A DNA stretch of 64,000 bases, from NCBI GenBank assembly GCA_965203295.1, contig CBDBCZ010000016.1, forward strand, positions 416,001 to 480,000, in the 5' to 3' direction. This DNA is from Nitrospirales bacterium. Lineage in GTDB: Bacteria; Nitrospirota; Nitrospiria; Nitrospirales; UBA8639. Positions 55,840-64,000 of the stretch are shown in pieces. Position 1 is the first letter of the stretch. The number at the start of each line of letters is the position of its first letter. A model generated the notes under the pieces. That model was given only the letters and a program-made list of their open reading frames with translations. It did not search any database and was not told where the DNA came from. The translations under genes were made by a program, and so were the position numbers.

Positions 55840-57090
55840 ATAGATAATAGAGTAGAAGGAAAGGGATTGGAAACGGGAAGGTGCGACTCACACCTTTTCT
55901 ATGTGGCTACCGTAGACTTGGGCTATCAGGCGCACTTCGATATGTAGCGCACATACGCTATCAGGCGCATGCTCGCTTCTTCGCCCAAAGACGCAAAAAC
56001 CTCATTAAGAGGCGCATGTTCCAATCAAACGTAATATGGGGTGGAGTAACTGCACACAAAAACGAACGGAGACTGCTAGCTAAGTGAGAGGGATTACTTT
56101 GCAACTGCCCAGTCATCAAGTTGCTAGCTAACTAAGTCAAAGGCCTATACATGTAGAGGGAGCAAGCATGCACCAATCCTCATTTGAGTTGATCGAGCAC
56201 ACTCTCATCTCAGAACGCTCTCCGCTAATTTTCATCTCCAACTGCTCTCCGCCGAGTTACATCGCCGACCGCTTTGATAAACTGCGATCCCATATCGGCA
56301 GTTGGTAATCTGCTACCGGTAACAGCCACAATTTAATGGCTAGCTACCGTAACTATGCCGCGATAACGTCATGAAAACTAGGCGTGGTCAACCTTTAACC
56401 CCCGTTATGTAGCGCACTTCGTTATATAGCGCATATATTGTTGCTATTGTCCCTACTAGCGCATGCGCTTGATAACCCGAGTCTACGGTATACGCTAGAA
56501 GCCTACTACATGCAGCGTACCTATCCGTGTTTCGGTATTTACCATTCCAATGCTGATTATAATGGCAATTAACTCATTTACACTGTACGTAACCATGGCT
56601 GAACGGGTTAAACGCAAATTTCACATTTCATGTTTCAAGCTGAGAACTATCAGACTGTTTAATCTCAAGACTTTAGCTAGCAGACTATGAAAAAGGTACC
56701 GCTTGCTGTAACAGCGTCTTGTACTAGCATAGCAACGTGTTTTGTATACTACTACTTACCATGAGAATATGCCAGTGAGTTTGGCCTTTATAGCGCCCTG
56801 ATGGCAGTAGAGCCAGGCTTCATGCTTCAGTATTTTGTAGCCTAAGGTCCTGTGGACCCATTCATGCAATAATCATACTTTGGCTGAAAACCTACATGTA
56901 CCTTGCTCACTAAAGCGCTTTTTGCAAATCCGGACACATAGCGCACGCACGTGCGCAAATTGCAACGTAAACAGGTTAAAACCTAAGTGCTAATAAGTGT
57001 TGACGCGATAAACTTTAGTACTAGCGAAACGCGGATGGGTACGCGCAATAGAGCCGTTTCCAATCCCTTTCCTTCTACTCTATTATCTAT
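55840..57090. mobile_element. Unclassified TIR element (~36-bp TIR ATAGATAATAGAGTAGAAGGAAAGGGATTGGAAACG) containing a nested MITE
   Basis: Perfect reverse complement at 57055-57090. TSD unclear. Confidence 0.75.
55910..56488. mobile_element. Tc1/mariner-like MITE nested in the previous element, TA TSD
   Basis: TA|CCGTAGACT...AGTCTACGG|TA. Inverted relative of 47820-48415. Confidence 0.85.
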
Positions 57091-57172
57091 GCACTAACTA
57101 ATCAAAACACAAGTTCACCTGAAAGGGGTTGGGAAGGGTAATTAATAATGATAATGAAAGGGAGGATTCTTA

Positions 57173-57535
<363 letters not shown>

Positions 57536-58372
57536 CTATTGACAACTACCTCCAACATACTTACATGTACCTGTATTCTCAGAGGAGGTGCGTCAAGGTT
57601 TGAATTATGCATTACGTCATGCACTAGCGTGCACTATTAAATGCGTTCTTTTAGCTATTACGCATGCGTACAAGTGCAGTTGGCAGCTAAAACCTCGATT
57701 TTCTCACTATTTTGCCGGGGGCTCAGAGGGGCTCAGCCGCTCAAAAGGCTTACTTATTGAAGGCAAATATCACAGAGCTAAAGATCGGGTTTAACTGCAA
57801 GAGTATATCGGTAAGCCACTCGCTAGGAGTACGGTAAATGCCTACAATGATGGTAGAAAGTATTGATTGCTGATGTGTAGCAGTCATTAGCTGGAAAGCC
57901 CTTTGAAAAGGTGACACAAAAACGTAGATTCTCTCTTGCAAGTAAAATTGCTCGATGCCCTTACTGGTCATGTGACTAGTTGACTCCTAGCACGTGATGC
58001 TGACGTACCTCCTCTGCTGTATTCTTTTATACCCATGGTGAGCTCCAAATAGAACTCCTTGCACGACAGCTGAGAGAGATCACAGCATTCTCGAAGGGTA
58101 CCTATCAAACAAATCAAAAGTAATATCAAAGGACCTTACATTTAAAATCTTTTCATAAACTACACGTACATTTAGCTATGGCTACATGTATGTATTGCAT
58201 GGCTATGCAAGCTTACCACTGAAGTTGAGGAGGTGAGAGAAGAAGAAGCTGTTCTTGTGGAAGGCCTCGAGCTCTGGTAGGCTGCTCTCCTTGAAGTCAG
58301 CTCTGAGAGGTTTAGTACGTCCACCCTTCTCGGATATCAGCGCTTCCAGCATGGTGCGCATCATGTAGAGCT

Positions 58373-58467
<95 letters not shown>

Positions 58468-58759
58468 TGTGTGTGTGTATGTGTGCGTGTGTGTGAGTGC
58501 ACATGTGTGTGTGGGGGTGGGGGGTAGGTGGGTGCATAATTGAGTGTGGGTTCAAATTAGAGAGGACCTTCAAACTACGGAGCTCTGGGAGTGAGATCAT
58601 AACCTACCTGTGTGCTAGAGAGGCCCACAATCCTGTGAGGCACCTCCAAGTGGAACCCAGTCTTGGGGTCCTTGTCTCCTCTCAGAGCTGGGTCGTCACT
58701 CCTCTCCTTCCCATCCAGCCAGTCGATGCAGACGTCTCGGATGGCCAGCAGGATCCTTT

Positions 58760-58797
<38 letters not shown>

Positions 58798-58884
58798 ATG
58801 TGTGTGTGCATGTGTGTGAGTATATGTGTGTGTGTATGTGTGTGTGTGTGTGTGTGTGTGCGCGTGCGTGTGTGTGTGTGTGTG

Positions 58885-58928
<44 letters not shown>

Positions 58929-58981
58929 TGTGTGTGTGTGCATGTGTGTGTGCATGTGTGTGAGTATATGTGGGTGTGTAT

Positions 58982-59049
<68 letters not shown>

Positions 59050-60728
59050 GCGTGTGGGTGTGTGCGTGCGTAGTGTGTATGATGTGAGTGAATGTGTAAG
59101 TGTGGTAATAGTGAAATCTCCATAGCAGGTACATGTAGCTTGTTACATTAGCGTTACAAATTGTGCTGAACCTCAGCAAGCTACTGAGCTCTGCAGCCAT
59201 ATGGCAATATGTAAAGAAACTTGACAACTGCTCACTACCAAAGCGCCAACAGTACACTGAGAACTCCAACAGCACATTGTGTGTGTGGTACTAGAGATCA
59301 GGAATGACAACATGGAAGTATCCAATCACAAAATACTCACTTAAAATACCATGTGCATGCTGTAGTCATTTCCCAATACGTAGCAAACCAAGTTTTACAC
59401 TCTCCCAGCTGGTCCTAATTACGTTCACACATCTATGGCATCTTCGCAATCGTAGAGGTGAAACATTTACTACTAGGATATCTACTACTACCTATACTGC
59501 GACATGGAGGCATCCCGTTCAACTTGCTCATGCCTACAATAGCCATACTGCTAGTCAGTGAGCCTGCCAAGCTTGACATCAAACATGAAGGGTAGAACTT
59601 CGTAGCACAATGCCAGTCATGAGCGAGAGACAGGTGTCCTTCCCCTTGTAGACGGACTTCAAAGACGTTCTTTACTCGAGTGTCAGTGTCATCATTGCAT
59701 GTCCATGGCGGTGGACGGTGTAACAAATCGAATCATCGAATCATACTGCAGCATACTGCAGACATGCCACGGTGGTAACCTAAAGCCCCAGAACACCAGC
59801 CTGCAGAGAGTCAAGCGACCCCCCAAAATTCATGCTGGCTAGGCTTTGAGGCACAAATCAGCGCCAGTGCATACTGTAGGCCTGTACGGATGGTAATACA
59901 TGTATATACAGGTAGATGTACACATACACACCTCATTGTTGTATCTGGCGAAGTCTGAGATGAAGCGGATGTGCTCAGAGTGGACCCAGACTAGAGTGGA
60001 CCGTCTCCACTCTAGTCTGGATGCCCACTGTGGCCTCTCTTCCGTGTGCTCGCTGGTGCACGTCCACTTGGAGGGGTCGTAGTGGGTCAGCTGCCGCACC
60101 CAGTCAGCAAAGCGAATCTGGACGTCTCCATAGAGGGGGGCACCTGGGAGAGTCTAGAGGGTAAGACAATGTGTAACTGTATTGTTAGTAACAAGAGAGT
60201 TCACAAATCTACCGTATGTAAACTCCCAAGTTTAGACAGATTGCTACGCTATTAAACATATGAGGTCATAGTCATAATTGTGCATTGGTGTCATGTGACC
60301 TAATGTGGTTAATCAGAAAAGTTGTTGGACACTCCTATCAATTTTTATGAGCACAGATAATCCAAGACACAAACAATATCGTCTAAAATCGGTCAATCTA
60401 CTCGCTGTGGACAGGTTTTCCAGTCCCTAGACTGATAATGCAGACAGTCGGCAGTCTTGTGTGAAGAGATACCAGCCACTGCAACTAGGCTCGACATTTT
60501 ATTATTACATCACACCAATAATGATACTGCTAGTTACTAGCAAGGCTTTAGGATCCTTCTCACCAACACTCAGCAGCTACAGCTCAAGAAATGTGGCTAT
60601 GTTGTGATGGAAAGCCTCATTATATATATGTTGTCACGTTTACTGGAAGTTTAACCAGAGGCCCATGAAGCATGGGTGGTACCATTAGAGTCCACACTAG
60701 AGTGGTTCCACCGTATATTAGTCATCAC

Positions 60729-60944
<216 letters not shown>

Positions 60945-62848
60945 CCTGTGGCAGTAGAGGTCATTGCAGTGATGTTCTTGAGAGAGTCGAGGGTGGCAAA
61001 CATGTTAATCAGCTTCAGCAGGTAGGTCTCTGAGATGAAGTCCTTCCTCTTCTCTGGGAGGGCTCGGGTGCGCACTTCATCACCGAATCAGCTTGAAGCA
61101 TTCTGGTTGATGGCCTTGGTGACCTCTCATAGATCTTCACATGGTTGGCTTGATCTGAGGCATATACGTGCGTGAGTATGTGTGCGTGTGCGAGTGTGTG
61201 TGAGTGCGTGTGTGCATGTACGTGTGTGCGTGAGTTGTGTGTGCAGTGTTTGTGTGTGTGATGAATGCACGTGCACATTAATGAGACTCACAGTAGCACA
61301 CATATAACTTAATGAAGTGGCTTTACATAGGTATATGGATTTGATTTGTACATGCTGGCAATAATTATGTGTACACTCCACTCATTATTAACTCCACATG
61401 CATGAATGACACCTACTGCAGGCACGGCCCTGGAGAGACTTCTCCATGAGGCCAGCAAAGCTCTCTCCCTCTTCCAGAATCACATTCTGGCCTACAGTTT
61501 CACTGAGAAGAAGGTGAAGCCAGTCCTGTACATGTCAAACGGGTTGTGGCTGTACAACACAGGTAGACTTCTACACTGGGACCTCTCCAGCCCACACTGC
61601 CTCTATGCCAGTGAAGTACATGTAGAGCAGTGGACCAGCATCACTCCCTGCACCGATCATGAATCAGCTTTATTCAGTCACAACTGTCCCATCTGTATAA
61701 GAGTACAGGCGTGAAGGGCAATGGGCTGTGGAGCCAGCTCAGACCAGTGTCAAGTGACAGGCATCCCCGAACATGGGCCATAATAAAATATTACAGTTAC
61801 CTGTGAAGTTACTGTAGTAAAAGTTAGTACACCAGCAGTCCAGCAAATGATCAGGTTCTTGGTTGCAGATATGTTGGCCGATGCGGCCCTTACCTTTCGT
61901 GGGTGTCCCAGCACCATGGTCCATATAAGTCCATGCCCAGCATCGCAGGTATGCTAGGATATGTGGACGCTTCGAATTCCTCTCTGGGTTCTCGAGATGG
62001 AGAAATCCGGGAAAGATGGCTAAGGTCACAGGAGCTGTGTCACCCTCAAACAGGATATTGCTCTTGTGGTACAGTTGAGAGGTGACCTCTGCAACACAGC
62101 ATTATAGAATCTGTAAACTGAAGGTACTAGGTGTGGGTGTATATACGTACAGTCTTGCGAGACAATTCAAGAGCTCAGGGCTGGCTTGCAACGCTAGCGT
62201 GGACATAGTCTAGCTGGCCCCAACTTCTACCCACCTAGGGATCGCTATCTGCAAGTATAGATATTACATGCTGCAAGTGATCCCTAGCTAGGCTGGTAGA
62301 AGTTGGGGATAGCTAGTGTGGGTACTAGTCCACTGGAAAAACTACAGGGAGTTCCGTCAATACAGCCCTTGTCCTACCTTTAAAGAGGACGTCTCTTTAG
62401 TGTTCTCCAACTCGATTTACTGCCCATGCGGCATGCCATGTACCTTCAAAGGTTAAAGTTCGTCAATTGCGGCTCTGCAGTAGTCTCGTGCCCATACCAC
62501 GGAAGCTCTTGCCCAGTCTCGTGCACGAGACTCGTACCCAGTTCCCCGCACTCGCGAAAATAAACGGGGAGAAGTTTTATTTTCGCGAGTGCGGGAGAAA
62601 ACCTGGGTACGAGGCTATACCACGCACAGTCTGACTTTAAAAGGAGTGGCTATAATGTGTCTTCTTACTATAACAAGTCTGACATTTCATGTCTAAAAAC
62701 CAGCCGGGAACCTTTCCCGTGCAATACCACAACTCAGCTTAACTGCAGCCGTAAAACTACAAATTATAATAACTATGCTACAATACGCATCCTGCAGAAA
62801 CTTAACTAAACCATAGATAATAACTACGTAACCGGGATTGGAAACGCA

Positions 62849-63667
62849 ATTTAACATCTATCGAGTCTCATCTATAACTGCATAATTCATGATATGTTTA
62901 CTAGTTGCTTTGATTCCGGTGTGGGCGTCGAGCCAGATCAGGGAGCATCAATCAGAATCTCTTGCCTTGTTGTTCTGCCCCCGCACAACGTGCACACTGT
63001 GTGTATACTATGTATTTCTGGAGGTGCTTGTCTAGGTGCCTGGAGCTATTGCTCCAGGAACCATCCATACATGCATACGCCCCTGTCTCGCTCTGATTAC
63101 ATCAATCTTCTGTGCTGACTGATGGAGTATTTACCTACCTAATATCCTACAGTGTAAGTTTGAATCACAGCTTGCCTATTTCAGGTTTCAGTTGTAAAAC
63201 CTTACCCTATGCGAATAAGAATGGGAGGGTGGGTGGGAACTGCTAATTGGTGTAGCTTGACAACTGACTTGCCGTGGCAGCTGCAACAATTTGACAACTG
63301 ACAACTGCTGTTGCTAGGTGCCTATTATATAATATGGCATACTACCTTATGCGGGTGGCACTGCGCATGCGCACCTGACCTGGCCCTTGCCGATGCGTGG
63401 ACTCTCAATGTTAACTTGGTTTAATGTGTCATTAAACTACATTTAACATCTATCGAGTCTCATCTAGAACTGCATCCTATAAAATTCATGAATATGTTTA
63501 CTAGTTGCTTTGCTTCCGGTGTGGGCGTTGAGCCAGATCAGGGAGCATCAATCAGAATCTCTTGCCTTGTTGTTCCGCCCCCGCACAACGTGCACACTGT
63601 GTGTATACTATGTATTTTTGGAGGTGCTTGTCTAGGTGCCTGGAGCTATTGCTCCAGGAACCATCCA
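62849..63667 (+). repeat. ~220-bp direct repeat pair (62849-63067 and 63441-63667)
   Basis: atttaacatctatcgagtctcatcta...ccaggaaccatcca in both. Confidence 0.88.
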
Positions 63668-64000
63668 CACGAGGGAGTAACCTTAGAGGTTCTCCCACCC
63701 AAGCACCTCCCTGAACCCTATTCCTACTGCTCTACTTATGACTACGTTTAAAACCTCCCTCCCCCAGGCTCAGTGTGTCTACTTGACTACCAGGCAGGCT
63801 TACCAAATCTGTGATTGCTGATTTTGCACATTTTCCAGTAGACATATATGCAACTCATGCAGGTACGTTAAAACATGCAATAAAACGTCCACATGTTTAT
63901 GCTGGCACAGATTTAAGTTGCTGGATTGGGCTCTGCTGAGTGTGTAATAGTTCATCTATCCCAGATTGCCAGTCGATGTGAGACTCCTGCTAATGTCTCC

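Noticed and set aside
62849..63751. LTR pair or retrotransposon ORF relic (TLEVLPPKH)
   Set aside because: No TG...CA ends, PBS/PPT or RT motifs. It is best described as a local direct duplication.

Overview
Animal nuclear DNA with GT-AG introns and abundant (CA)n/(GT)n tracts. A short-chain collagen C4-like gene suggests a demosponge such as the freshwater sponge Ephydatia (inference). No demonstrably complete gene lies in the window. It holds the first three exons of a GLMP/NCU-G1 lysosomal membrane gene (+, 1389-2224), running head-on into five internal cathepsin D exons (-, 2383-4275). It also holds a disabled three-exon spectrin-repeat fragment (-, 18612-19724), a two-exon C4-like collagen with an apparent 1-nt frameshift (+, 21754-22671) and a deleted, truncated CYFIP copy (-, 54693-61486). 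Most of 5-54 kb is a mosaic of nested segmental duplications built around at least 17 co-oriented copies of an unexplained ~150-200 bp module (GGCTTC..GAAGCC hairpin, TTATATA, CACTTGTGGGTTTCC, ATTAGGGCACATGAATA). The region is peppered with non-autonomous DNA transposons (2-, 7-, 8-, 9-bp and TA target-site duplications, plus Helentron-like elements), several with empty-site paralogs in the window. Other notable features are de novo perfect palindromes, a minisatellite derived from a transposon terminus, and microsatellites anchored at splice sites. All calls were read by eye with no searches run. Repeat boundaries are approximate unless a TSD is given.
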